This document shows, one piece after another, positions 28,038 to 41,770 of a stretch of DNA of 56,194 nucleotides; positions within the stretch are counted from its first letter, which is position 1, and each line of letters starts with the position of its first letter. Origin of the DNA: Octopus bimaculoides (lineage: Eukaryota). The translations under genes and the position numbers were made by a program. Location: positions 65,839,270 to 65,895,463 of the forward strand of contig NC_068992.1 in assembly GCF_001194135.2 (NCBI RefSeq), read 5' to 3'. The notes beneath the pieces were generated by a model. It saw only the letters and a list, made by a program, of their open reading frames with translations, did not search any database and had not been told where the DNA came from.

Positions 28038-28547
28038 TTTGAATGTACAAGTTTTTAATATCCAAGTGGCTAAAAGTGTCCAGAAAAGCACACATGAAGG
28101 CGGCCCAGCCTCTTTCGATTGCAAAAGGTAAAGGCCAAGGAACTTACCTGAGTTGAAATTTCATTACATAGCATTTTTCTTTTTTCTCCTTTTTTCTCTT
28201 CCTCCTCTTTCCCTTGTCATTATATATCTATCAACATATTTGTAAATAAACACATTTTCTCACAAGGGCTAGATGACATTTCAAGATGTCAAATTTAGGA
28301 AGTAAGATGGGAAAGAGATGGGGGTGCGGTCATCAGTAAAAATGAAGAGTTCAAAGTCCTATGAGAATGTGTATTCCTTTACACTTGCATAGTCAAATCC
28401 TATATTCTATGTAATTTCATGTGCTCAAAAATATCATCAGATTATTAGCACCATTTGGCGCATAAATTGGTTGCTGAAGGAATATGCATGTATGCATGTA
28501 TGTATCTATGTATCTATGTATGTATGTATGCATGTAGGTGTGTGTAT

Positions 28548-28587
<40 letters not shown>

Positions 28588-28933
28588 GGNNNNNNNNNNN
28601 NNNNNNNNNNNNNNNNNNNNNNNNNNNNNNNNNNNNNNNNNNNNNNNNNNNNNNNNNNNNNNNNNNNNNNNNNNNNNNNNNNNNNNNNNNNNNNNNNNNN
28701 NNNNNNNNNNNNNNNNNNNNNNNNNNNNNNNNNNNNNNNNNNNNNNNNNNNNNNNNNNNNNNNNNNNNNNNNNNNNNNNNNNNNNNNNNNNNNNNNNNNN
28801 NNNNNNNNNNNNNNNNNNNNNNNNNNNNNNNNNNNNNNNNNNNNNNNNNNNNNNNNNNNNNNNNNNNNNNNNNNNNNNNNNNNNNNNNNNNNNNNNNNNN
28901 NNNNNNNNNNNNNNNNNNNNNNNNNNNNNNNNN

Positions 28934-28976
<43 letters not shown>

Positions 28977-29470
28977 GGTCGGAGCACATATATGCATGCA
29001 TATGTGACTAACTGGTGCGGTATCTTCTTTCCGGTTCGTCTCTATTTGTGTGACTGAGCGGTTCGCCAATACAAGCAAACAGTGCATCTAAAACAATGTT
29101 ATTCAATGTGTTTTTCCTTTCAATGGCTCAGTATAATTTTTTCCAGACATGCTACGTCACTCTTCTACTGGTGAACTTCCTGTCACATGACTTATGTGTA
29201 CGGTAAACTATATAATTGAATTAGTTTCTTAGGTTATAAATATTAAATATATTCCTCTCTGCGAAATATTTGCTTCGGTTCTTTGAAATTAATTTCATCT
29301 GAATACTAATTAGCTTATGTCTGCGACAACACTAATTAATAATACTAATTACTTAATCAGTTTTGAGCTAATTATAACAAATTTTGTAAAGTCTAGATTC
29401 GGTCTGGAGAGTGAGTGAACATGGTCGTTGTGACGTTGCTATTGTTGTGTAGTCATTGGTCAGTGTTGAC

Positions 29471-29643
29471 CAGCAGTTCTCAACTGTGGCCCCTCGGAGC
29501 ACTCAAACACTTCCGGCAGCCCTCAACGGTCTTCTCTCTATAAATATATTTTTTTCATTAATCGACTTGCGTTTTACATCTTGTGGTGTAGTCCACTAAA
29601 AACAAATCTAGGTTTTGGGTATTAAAAAGTTTGAGAACCACTA
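29471..29643. mobile_element. Older hAT-like MITE
   Basis: Ends CAGCAGTTCTCAAC and GTTTGAGAACCACTA resemble the TIRs of 38612-38861. No TSD is recognisable. Confidence 0.55.
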
Positions 29644-30049
29644 TTCGAGGTTGATCCTACCTATTATCAAAGACACTCTAATCATGACAATCTAGTCTTT
29701 TTAGAAGGGTCTCCAAAAATGCACTATCTTATGTATCCTTTTCAAACGAAAGTATGAGGTGATTTTAGGAGGAATTAGTTGCTATTTCTAACAAGTGATG
29801 TAGATAGATAAAGATAGATAGATAGATAGATAGATACATACATACATACATACATACATACATACATACATACACACGCACATATTAATAGCACAGACAT
29901 GCAACATCTGTAGTTTGTCGTTTGCATCGCAGCAGACAATAGGTGGCATGACAGTCAGCAGACCTGTGTGTGATATATCAGACGAGCAAGAGAAGCTTTT
30001 GAATTGTGTAAACTTTTGGACATACCAATCTTTCAACAGTCTCTCTTCG

Positions 30050-30524
30050 CAATGGTTTATATATGCGTGTATATATATATATATACACACATATATATAT
30101 ATATATATATATAGACATAAGCAGCTGCTGTGTGCATCGTCGTGTATGTATATCTACGTATAATACCTATTTGAATACACACATATGCACATAAATATAA
30201 GTATGTAAATGTGTGTGTGTGTGTGTGCGTGTGTCTGTGTATAAACATACCTATACAAATATAGATGTATATATATATATATATGTACATATGTGGTGCT
30301 GTGTATGTGTGTGAATGTACGTATATAAGCATGCGTAAGTGTGGAAGCATATATGTATGCATATATTTCTGTGGATATATGTGTATATGCGTATGTGTGT
30401 ATGTTTGCATGCGTGTATCTATGTATGTATATATGTATGTATGCATGTATGTATGTATGTATGTATGTATGTATGCATGCATGCATGTATGTATGTATGC
30501 ATGCATGTATGTATGTATTCATGC

Positions 30525-30561
<37 letters not shown>

Positions 30562-30670
30562 TGTATGCGTGTGTGTATGTATGTATATATGTTTGTGTCT
30601 ATATATGAATGTATGTATGTATGCATGTATGTGTTTGTGTGTATGCATGGATGGATGGATGGATGCATAG
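30050..30670. repeat. ~600-bp compound (TA)/(TG)/(TATG)/(GATG) microsatellite
   Basis: Directly visible. Confidence 0.95.
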
Positions 30671-31196
30671 GAAGGGTGAGATACAAAGCTAAGAAACAAA
30701 GACTAACTACGAATCCTAAACAATCCAATTCTCTATCAAGAGACTTCAAATAATACATGAAAATAAAAACATACAAAACAACCATTACAGATAATAATAA
30801 TAATGTATATCAATAAAGCATGATATCACACCATCCTCTCACCATATTCGTATTCCCACACGATATAACATGATGTCTCTAATACAACACGATATCGCCA
30901 AAAGACAAAACGACTGCAACGCGCCACCAGTTGAATATACTTATTGGTATTTGAAGAATTACAGTTGGAAGTGTATTGAAGACATAACCTAGTTCTTCTT
31001 TGGTGAATCTTTCGTAGATCAGCTTACGTAATGTCTCAATGCATCACCAGAACTTTTATGATCAATGCTACATAAAAGATTTCATGTTCTACTCATTCAG
31101 CCAATACACGTATGACGTATGTGTGTATGTATGTGAATGAGTGTGTGTGTATAAGCGTGAGTACAAGAAACATTTTTATGAAAGATACATACACAC

Positions 31197-31227
<31 letters not shown>

Positions 31228-31435
31228 CACGCACATACACATTATATATATATATATATTATGTATATTTACGTGTGTGTGTGTGTGCGTGCGTGTATGT
31301 ATGCAGCACTCGTCCAAAATAATTAAAATATTGATTTCTTCACCTTTTCTCCACAAATATATTAACTAGCTTGTTGTTCACTACATTCGACATTTACGAA
31401 ATTATAAACATACTTATACGTGTGTGTAGTGTGTA

Positions 31436-31466
<31 letters not shown>

Positions 31467-31467
31467 C

Positions 31468-31730
31468 ATGGACTCTCCCGTCGTTAGAGGACGTTTGAAT
31501 TTTCGGCAATTTCTTGCCGAACAACCACACAAATGATTTGTCTATGGTGATCAATTGTTTGTGTAGACATAAGCTCACTCCCTCCATCAAATTGACATTA
31601 CCTGTGCAGGTGCAAGTGGGTGTCACATGTCAGATGACGAAATGATCGCGGAGCAACGTGATATGAAGTGCTTTGCTCAAGAACACAACGCAACGCCCAG
31701 TCTGGGAATCGAACCCACGATCTCACTGTG
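31468..31730 (-). mobile_element. Second tRNA-derived SINE family (CORE/V-like central motif)
   Basis: Minus strand GTGGGTTCGATTCCC (B box) followed by GCGTTGTGTTCTTGAGCAAAGCACTTCA, a typical SINE central-domain motif. Related to 22865-23050. Confidence 0.7.
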
Positions 31731-31829
31731 TGTATGTATAATGTATGTATACGGGTATATATACATATATATATATATACGTGTAAGCATATACATAAAT
31801 ATACGTACATATACGTTTCTATACATATA

Positions 31830-31901
<72 letters not shown>

Positions 31902-31902
<1 letters not shown>

Positions 31903-32107
31903 GGAGATGTACTTGCATAGCAAGTGACCTGGTCTGAGATCGTGTGCTGGAACGAAAACAATTGCAGCGTGGAAGGTGTTTATAAGCCATTTAAAATAAC
32001 ACACAAAAACTGTTAGATTCACTTCAACATTTAAATTTAATTTGTCAAAATATTTTCGTCGCTTTGAGACCGCGACCTGATCACTGACAAAGTTCTGTGC
32101 TGCATCT
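31902..32107 (-). mobile_element. Short non-autonomous Penelope-like/retrozyme-type repeat carrying a hammerhead
   Basis: ~205-bp non-coding block between a (TA)n run and a (TAG)n run that contains the 32041-32091 hammerhead. Hammerheads in short dispersed repeats are an established feature of Penelope-like elements and retrozymes; the class assignment is inferred. Confidence 0.4.
32041..32091 (-). ncRNA. Minimal type I hammerhead ribozyme, G3-C8 variant core
   Basis: Minus strand reads UUUGUCA-GUGAUCA-G-GUCGC-GGUCUCAAA-GCGAC-GAA-AAUAUU-U-UGACAAA: perfect 7-bp stem I, core G3-U-G-A-U-C8-A, 5-bp stem II (one extra G), GAA, palindromic stem III AAUAUU, UUU triplet. Confidence 0.65.
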
Positions 32108-32116
32108 CAAAATTCT

Positions 32117-32177
<61 letters not shown>

Positions 32178-32194
32178 AATTCTACTCAGATCGA

Positions 32195-32305
32195 CTGTGC
32201 GTTTCGTCTTCTCAGGTCGATAAAATAAGTACCAGTTGAGCATTGGGGGGGTCGATGTAATCTACTTACCCCAGAACTTGCTGGCCTTGTGCAAAACTTT
32301 GAAAC
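32195..32305 (+). mobile_element. SINE 3' half
   Basis: GGTCGATAAAATAAGTACCAGTTGAGCATTGGGGGGGTCGATGTAATC...GGCCTTGTGCAAAACTTTGAAAC. Confidence 0.7.
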
Positions 32306-32345
32306 TATTATTATTATCGTTATTATTATTATTATTATTATTATC

Positions 32346-32391
<46 letters not shown>

Positions 32392-32954
32392 GTACCATGA
32401 CTGCTGGTAATACTGCTACTGCTGCTTTATGGTTGCTGTCATTCTAAAAGTCACTATAACAGAGAGGAGAAAGAGTGATAGAAATAGAGAGTAGGAGGAG
32501 CAAGTACGAGTAGAGAACAGAATAAGTAAGAGAGGGAGAGCTGGTGGGAAACAGAGAGAGAGGGGAGAGAGGGGAGAGAAAGATGGAGCTGAGTGGAGTG
32601 AAAGAGAGGAAGTGAATGGGAGTGAAGAAGACAAGAAAAAAAACTAGATAAATGCATAGAGATGAGGTGAGAAAAAAAGCTAATATGAATTGTCTTTTGT
32701 GTAGAAGAGTCGGTATGTAAATATGGACGTGATTAGCTGTTTATTGGAAATCTAAACAAAACACAAACATATACACACCAGATATATACACACAGATATA
32801 TATATATATACATACATACGCTCACATATTAGCGCAGAGAAACACATACACCGAGAGCACAGAGAAGCTGAAAAAAAAATGACATAAGCCGCCATTTCAA
32901 TGTTCATTGTTGTAAAGAATATATATATACACACACACATACTACATACATGCA

Positions 32955-33006
<52 letters not shown>

Positions 33007-33189
33007 CATGTATGAATGTATGCGTGTATGTATGTAATGTGTGAAGCACAGAGACGAGCGTTGCACAATAGAAGATAATAGGGAAGAGGTTTAATGGAGT
33101 CAACAACAATAACGATGATGGCGTCGACAAAAGCAAAAATGGCGACGGCAACAACAACTGCTGTTACCAATAACATTACGACAACAATT

Positions 33190-33393
33190 ACTACTGCTTC
33201 TACTACTACTACTACTACTACTACTACTATTGCTGCTACTGCTACTGCTACTACTATGAGTAGTTGTAATAAGAAAAATAATAAAAATAATGCATTTCTA
33301 TATTAACCGATACGGGTTGACATGACGATTCACTACTACCACTATTTCAGTTACTACTACTGCTACTACTACAACTACTACTACTACTACTAC

Positions 33394-33426
<33 letters not shown>

Positions 33427-33482
33427 CAACAATAATAAAAATAATAATAATAATAAATAACAACAACAACAACAATAATAAA

Positions 33483-33544
<62 letters not shown>

Positions 33545-33744
33545 TAATAATAATAATAATAATAATAGTAATAATAATAATAATAATGATAATAATAATA
33601 ATAATAATAGTAATAATAATAATAATACTTCTGCTTCTGGGTTTATTGTTGGTCAATAACAACGACAACAACAACACAAAGCAGAAAACCAATAAAACAT
33701 TAAGTCGAAATTCACAAAACCAAGTTTTCAGTATGTTGTTGTTG

Positions 33745-33776
<32 letters not shown>

Positions 33777-33790
33777 GGTGGTGGTCAATT
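33190..33790. repeat. Compound (CTA)/(AAT)/(AAC)/(GTT)/(GGT) trinucleotide block
   Basis: Directly visible. Confidence 0.95.
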
Positions 33791-34153
33791 GTTGACATTT
33801 AACATGGAGTTTGGTGTTGTGGTATTTATTGATACAGACACTGCGAGGGTGGAGAGAGAGAGGATAAAGAAAATAAAGAAAGAACGAGAGAGCGGGGGGG
33901 AGGGCGTAACCGACATGGAGGCTGATTGATCGACAAAGAGGAATAGAAAGGGAACAGAGGGCGGGGTGATATGGGGTTGGTGTAGATATAAACACTTGCA
34001 GAAAGAAGGAGAGTTTGGTTTGGTTTTTGATATACTTTTGAAATGGAACTGATAGTTAAGTCTATAGAATTGTGTGTATAGACCTGCATACACTGATACC
34101 CGAAGACACAAATACACATAAATATAGGCGCCGACACTGAATCAAATACACAG

Positions 34154-34218
<65 letters not shown>

Positions 34219-34361
34219 GACACAAACACATACATATATACCCATGTACACGCTTACACCCAGGCGATCGAAAGTACACCCATATACATACTCACACATA
34301 TACAAAAACACACAGGCACATAAGACAACATCCATACACAAACACATCCGCTGGTCAATAG

Positions 34362-34557
34362 GGGAGCAAGTGCACTCTACGTGATTATTCGAACTGCTAG
34401 CAATAGAAGTTGAATGTCCCTCATATCACACATCCTACCCCCCCTCCCCGATGAAAAGACACATTAGCTGATTCAGTTTTTAAAGGGTTGGGTAAGTCTA
34501 GGACGGCTTTTAATATGGGTTTGTCCGATCAGGGCTGACTTGGGCTTAAACAACGAC
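34362..34557 (+). mobile_element. Third dispersed repeat family; related fragments at ~8265-8340, ~35778-35955, ~29650-29800(-), ~37100-37260(-), ~25650-25715(-)
   Basis: Shared motifs GTG.T.ATTCG..CTGCTAG.AATA...AAT.TCCCT.A.ATCACAC, (A/G)GACACATTAG and G.TC.ATCAGGGCTGA. Confidence 0.55.
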
Positions 34558-36412
34558 ATTAACAGCATCAGTATTCACAACCCCATTCCCATTCCCCCCC
34601 CCCCAGATTATTCGTACTCACTTTCGACTCTCAACTCCTGATAGAATCGTAGGGTGTACCTCGGTGCCACACGGTGTGCTTGAGGCATCTTTAAACCTGG
34701 CGGAATCTACCAGTCAAACACTAGATCTGATCACAACTGATTTTTTTTTTTCCAGAGAACAAGAGGACAAGAATTGACCCCAGTTGAGCAATGGTACAAT
34801 ATTTTTTAACATTGGAGGGTGGAAATAAAGAGTATTAGCTGTCATTTATTTATTTATTTTTGTGGAAACATTGCAGATTAAATATAAAAATCATTGGCAA
34901 ACTTCAGCTGCAAAGTTAAGAAAAAATACTTTTAAAAATTTGAAAAAATAAATAAAATTCTATAGGCTACGTTGTTTTGTTAATAATAATTTTGTAAAAA
35001 AAAATATGCATAACACGTTTTTTAAGACAGTGAAGCGTTAATATGGAAATGTCACAGCCTTAAATTATATTTTCAAAAATTGGTGGAGCACCGGTGCGTC
35101 GAGACGGAACCACATAGCTAGAATCTGTTTGAAAATTCTGCATTCTCTATTTCAATGTATTTTAATATGGCAAAAATAAAACAAACTTCCCACTACCACC
35201 GTCGCGTGATTTCGATGGGTCAGTCTCTCTATAAAGGAAACCATTTGGCCATTAACAATGGTGGACTGAAGACTGACTTCATGGTAAACGACTTTGTGGA
35301 ATTATCAAATATGGTACGGCATTTTCTCCGTATAGTTCAACATATTCTACGATCGAATTCCTTGCTTCATTGAAAAATGATCTCTAAAATTAACACGAGA
35401 ACACAAATTCTGGTAGAACAGAAAATGGATACAGCGGAAGAGATTGACTCCAGCACAGCACTGGTACTTTATTAATCGACCCAAAATGGATGGATGTTAA
35501 ACTCGTCGGAATTTATACTCAGAATGTCGTTAAATACACGACGAATTCTATCTTATACTTTATTGATTTCACAACTTAGCATTCTCGGTACATAAAATAA
35601 TGGCAATATATTTCTATCACCTAGAAAACACTAAAACCTTTAGTCACTGCTTGCAGACATATTCCATGACTTCTTCGAGAAAATTAAACATATTTAGATT
35701 CCCAAAAGTTAAATCTGAAAGTAGATGGCATCATTGTATTCGTTTTGGTGGTTGAAAGTTACACGATCCAACCAGAGAGTCCGATATGGTCACAAGACTA
35801 GCTAGAAATAACGGTCAAATGTCCCTGAAATACTACGGTCTTAAGTAAAGCAGGACACATTAGGCAGTGCATTCTATTAAAAACAAAAATACGGAATGGT
35901 TTCTACTGAAACGTGTTTCATATGCGAGTTTGATCAAACACAGCAATAACAACAACAGCAAGAAATGGCAGTTTAAAGTTATATTTATAACATTTAATCT
36001 GTGGAATAAATGATTAACTGACGATAGAAAGTTATATTTTCGTTTCTTTAAACTTCAAGCATTGCAAGAGAGAGGCTTCAGCATATTTATGCATATCACG
36101 CACAAGTGCAATAAACAGCGTTAATTGCCTGCCTGGAAGTGATCACAAGTTATCAACCCAATAGATTTTAGTAGAGAGTGAAAAAGAGACAGACAGACAG
36201 ACAGACAGAATGTGTGGTGGTGGGGGTGTATGTGAGAGAAAAAGAGAGCAGAGGAAAACGAGTGTCACATTGACATATCAAAACAACCTCATCAAATATT
36301 GGTTTATTTTTCACAGGGAAAAAAATTAAATATTTTGGATGTCACAATCCTTTACCACCCCACAGATAACTTCTAATCTCTTTGAAATCTTCCATCTACC
36401 TCATTTTGAAAC

Positions 36413-36512
<100 letters not shown>

Positions 36513-36584
36513 CTCTCTCTGCTTAGATAGATAGATAGATAAATAGGTAGATAGATGGATGAATGGACAGACGGATGGATGGAT

Positions 36585-36630
<46 letters not shown>

Positions 36631-37717
36631 ACAACGTTTCCTTCTGAAAAGTGGTAATTCCTCCCGACTCTGCTAATTACTATCCGATCTATAGGAGACC
36701 CACACCACCCCTAAGCCACACACCTACAGGCTCGTGCTCACGTGAAATTTAGTGAAGGTAGCGTTGTTGCCTTCACATCAGAAACGCCATCGAGTGAGGC
36801 TGAGATGCGAACCGCCAGGCAAATCTCCGAACCAAATGGACTCCTTCTAGACGTTTCAGAAAGGCATTAAAGTCGCCAGTTTCACTGTCCATGGCGGTCG
36901 TCCATTAAAACCATAGAAACTAGTATTAAACGACCTTGTTGGCATAGGTCTTCGGGGTCAGGTCTGACCATGGGCTATACAATGACAACAAAACTGACAA
37001 CTCCAGCCTCGTTGTGAAATACCTGTTAGATCAAGCCAGAGAGAATTACACAACGATAACACTGTACGACAACAACAACGGCAACAACGGCGGCAACAAC
37101 AAATACATGATAAGGATCAAATGTGACCCTCTCTCCTTTTGTTAAGACTGGATAATAAAGCAACGAGATTCTGAATTGCACGTAAAAGCCACCCAGACCG
37201 GTTTTCTGATACCCCGAACATCCTACCGTCCTGACGTGAATGGTCCTCATTTCCAATAGTGGAGTGTTAGATTAATTAAGTTCTTTCATTATTAATTTTA
37301 TGATGTTTATTATTGAAACATAGACCTCTGTTACTGATGTACAGATGTCAGGTTTAAAACGTTCATTTCCCTACCTGCCGTGTCCCGTTAATTAGGATTC
37401 TATGGCGCTGTTGGTTGAAACAAGTCGCTCTACTCTTGTACTCCGACTAACGATATATTCTTATAATTATTCAATTCTCTAGTCCATTGAAGTAGTTACC
37501 ACGCGAGGTTATGGTGTGGATTTGAACCTAGATATACAACTCGCCTACTACGCAGTTACTGTGGTTGTTCATCTGACTATATGTAATATAGTCAGATGAA
37601 CAACTTTTATCAACTCTGAGTAAGCAAGATGTTTGTTGAGAACGCCTCTTCATAAAGGTTATTTAAAATATGAAACCAAGGTGTTTAACTCCAGTAACAT
37701 CATTTGACTGAAATATT

Positions 37718-37935
37718 CTTTTCTACTCGAGGCACAAGGCCCGAATTTTTTTTTTGGGGGGGGGCCACTCGATTAGATCGACTCCAGTACGCAACAGGTA
37801 TTTAATTTATCGACCCCGAAAGGATAAAATGCAAAGTAAACGTCGGCGGAATTTGAAATCGGAACGTAAGGAAAGACGAAATACCGCTAACCATTTCGCC
37901 CGGCGTGCTAACGTTTCTGCCAGCCCGCTGCCTTC
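37718..37935 (-). mobile_element. Full-length SINE (same family) with 17-bp TSD
   Basis: Colinear with 7770-7994. Direct repeat CATTTGACTGAAATATT at 37701-37717 and 37936-37952. Confidence 0.9.
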
Positions 37936-38611
37936 CATTTGACTGAAATATTTGTAACAGAATGGAGTCAATACAGCCTGGAAATTGGTCTGGTCTTTAA
38001 AGTCAATGATTGAAAGTAACAGTCATATTTCGTTCGGTTAAGACTTGCTCGGAGAAATATATTCGACTCAGCAAGACAAACAATAATGAATATGCGTGCG
38101 TATCAGAGAGAGAGAGAGAGAGAGAGAGAAGAAAATAATGTAGAGTACAACTCCGAGCATATTTCAATTTTACATCTCGTCAGCGAATCGTAGCTTTTCT
38201 AGTTTAATAACTTGTGATTTAAAGACTCTTACGAAGTCTTTATATTGCAGAAGGAAACACTTTGCGGCAGTTATTCTAGGTTTTTCCCCCTGAGTTCAAA
38301 TCCAGAAGAGATCAAATATTCCTTTCATCTTTTCATACTCTTATCGATGAATAAGGTAGCAGAGCAGAACAAATGAACACATGAATTCATTACAGCACCA
38401 ATTACTATTGCTGTCTGGTATTTGTTGCCGTTCCTTTGCGTTCTAATTTCAAAGTCTACCATGGCTTGGTTCGATGGTAAAGTTAAACCATCACCAAGTT
38501 TCATACTATCCACTGGACCTTGGACCATTCCATTGAAAGTATTCAGTTTAGGTTTCCAGTACGAGAAGACCTTCCTCCCCTTCTTCCATTGGTGTTCGAA
38601 ACCCTTTAAAG

Positions 38612-38861
38612 CAGTGGTTCTCAACCGGGGGTCCACATGGCCCTTGGGGATCCATATAAGATTTTGCTGTCAAAATTTTATTGTGCAACAGAATCCTTAT
38701 ATTTCTATGAGACACAAAGTATTTTAGCATATTTTTCTTATACAATTCCTAAAAATATTCAATAACAATATAATTTTTTATCCTCCAATGTTGATGAGGC
38801 TCTAGTTGAGTAAAACAGGAATCAATGGGGCCCGTAGACAAAAAATGGTTGTGAAACACTG
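38612..38861. mobile_element. hAT-superfamily MITE (250 bp) with 8-bp TSD
   Basis: Imperfect TIRs CAGTGGTTCTCAACC / GGTTGTGAAACACTG. Identical 8-bp TSD CTTTAAAG at 38604-38611 and 38862-38869; 8-bp TSDs are diagnostic of hAT. Confidence 0.9.
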
Positions 38862-39628
38862 CTTTAAAGTGTTATCTTATCCATGCAGCCCTTCTCCCGT
38901 AACTAATTGACAGCAAACATTCAGCAAGGCATTTTCAAGAGGACTTAACTCATGCTGAGTTCGCTGTTATTTCACTTTACTCCCCAACACCAAAAGCAGA
39001 AAATTACTTATTTCGCATCTCTACCACCACCATTATTGATTCTATTGTGAATCATCTCTCCCCGCAATCCCCATCTACCACAAAAATATTTTATGTATCA
39101 TACTGACTAATGATATTTCTTTAACAGAAAAACAAATAACGTTCATTATTTGAAATTAATAATATTTTTTTTTTCAAATATATTTGTCTGTATTTTATGG
39201 TTTGTCAGCTGTGTGTCACATAAATATTTTATTAGACAAAGTTTGACTTGAAAATTACCTTCTTTCTCCGAATTACGTTTCGCAACGAAATTATATTATA
39301 CATCGGATTTGCCTTTATGTATGTGTGTTTCTGCATATGGAAGTATATGTATGCATATGTATGCTGGTGTGTATGTGTGAGTGTAAACGCGTGTGTATCT
39401 GTATGTTTGTAAAGTGTGTGTGAGTGTAAATGTTTGTGTATCTGTATGTTTGTGGGTGTGCTATGAATATAGTTTTATTCCTACCGAATTTGACGATGTG
39501 TATATATGAGCATACATAAATATGTGTATTAATGAACACATGCATAGAAATGGATGTTCTCTCTCTGTCTTTTATTTCTTTTTCTCTCTCTCTCTCTCCC
39601 TTTTCCTCTCTATTTTCTTTCTTCATTC

Positions 39629-39663
39629 CTCTCTGTAGAAGAGGCTAAGCTCGAAACGTCAAG
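39629..39663 (+). ncRNA. Degenerate second copy of the A6>U hammerhead-like motif
   Basis: CUGUAGA-A-GAG-GCUAAG-CUC-GAAAC-GUC-AAG. Same layout as 44383-44418, but stem I is degenerate. Confidence 0.3.
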
Positions 39664-40433
39664 CACTCTTCCATTTTTCCTGAGCGTCAAACTAATGCAC
39701 CCCGTTTGTCCTTCCAGCACCTATCTCTGTCTTTTTTGTGTGTGCTTTTGTACAATTTTCAAACTATACATTTATACATGTGGTTGTGTGTGTGTGTGTG
39801 TGTGTAAATGTACGGAAGCATATACAACTGTATATAAATGTGGCTGCTAAATAACTGAATGGTTAAGAATTTCACTTTGTAATCTAGAGGTCTCGAGGTC
39901 AATATCAGAGCGTGGTGTCTTCGGATCAAGTCAAACCTAGCCAGTGAAACTAGGTGGACTAGAAACTATTTCAGATGGATTCTACCTGTAATACGAACGT
40001 CACACATCGTATCACAGTTGATTCTGCCTGGGAACTCGTTCAGTGGTACACGTAAGGTCTGCGGAATATTCAGCAACATACATGATAGTTCAACGAACAG
40101 GTTGTTCGATTAGTTCAACATACTGAAGATTCATCGCCGAAACTGACGGAGAATCCACTTCGTTTACTTGTGAATATATGTCACAGAACCTCCCAAAAAC
40201 CAGACGCCAATATCTAAGCATTATCCAAGCCTAAATAGATTACTTATGGAGAAAACCAAAGAATACCAAAGTGAGCGATTTCCACCAGCTATAAAGCCAC
40301 AGACACTTCGCACTTTACAAGAATGGACACCGCAGAATAAAAGAGAGTAAGAAATAAATAAGTCACTCACAAACGGGTATAACATATGTGCACTCCCGTC
40401 ATCAGCTGCCCAAACGGATAGGTTTATTTTATG

Positions 40434-40480
<47 letters not shown>

Positions 40481-40538
40481 AAAAATATATACTGACACAC
40501 ATATATATGCATGTGTATATATATATGTATATAGATAC

Positions 40539-40587
<49 letters not shown>

Positions 40588-41675
40588 GATATATATGTGC
40601 GTGTGTTTGTATATATGTGTGTGTCTGTGTGTGTATGTATTATATGTATCTATGTAGGCATGTGAATTTGTGTAATGTTTTCTGCTTTCATGTATTTAAA
40701 GACTGTTCAAGAGCTCCGGTAGAAAACCTCGGATATCTATTAGCTTTTCGAAAAAAAGAAAGTATGAAAAACAAAAATACAATTCCATTTACATTTTCTA
40801 TGACTTTGATGTACGATTGCTGTATTAAAAAAAATGGCGTTCTGTTATTTTCGCTGCTAGTGTTCAGAGATGTTTGGCAGATAATTTTAATTAAGTCCCT
40901 AAGAAACTGTCCGAATGAATTCTATTTCCTTTAGGTTTTAATAAAGAGACCAATATTTCACAGCCAATTTAGGTTCCGGTGTGAAGTGGGTCGAGGTGGT
41001 TTTGTCAGAATCAATCAACTTGTTTTCGCCAATGAATTGCTTGTTTTCAATGAATATCTCTTGTATTGTTCTATACACGATTCTACTTTAACTGCCTAGA
41101 TGCCAATTCTTATTTGCTCTGCCTGTCTGCCTACCTGTCTATAAGTTTGTCTCTTTCTGTTTTCTTATTTTTCTCTGTTTTGTGCGCCATTTTTCTTATT
41201 CGGTTTTCTTTTTGTTTTTCCTTTCTTCAATGTCGAGCTTTTACATCCTCTGTGTAATAGCTTAACCATTTTAGCTCAAACTTATCCTTCTTTTTTCTCC
41301 TACATTGCCATCAAGAAGTCGTCTGCCTATATAATATCTAATTTTCTTGTTTACATCTTAATTATTGACTTCTTTTCTAATTAACTAAGCAAATAACTCG
41401 CTAAGTATTTCATTAAAATTGGTAAAATAAGTTCAAACGGGGACGATACCCGAAGCTTTAAGACCATCCTCCGCTTAAGACACATAAATTGGTTTATTTA
41501 AAGAATTTTCTTAACTTGTTTTTTGCAAATGTAGTCAATAATTTGTATTCTTAGATTTAATTTCTTTTGTTTCCTACCTAATTTATTAATTAACTAAGTA
41601 ATTAAGTAAATTACTAACATACTTACGAGTTAATTAACTAACACCCTCTCTCTCTTTCTCTCTCTCTCTACATAT

Positions 41676-41770
<95 letters not shown>

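Noticed and set aside
38325-38727. Overlapping ~100-aa ORFs on both strands
   Set aside because: Built from a decayed SINE head and the hAT MITE end.
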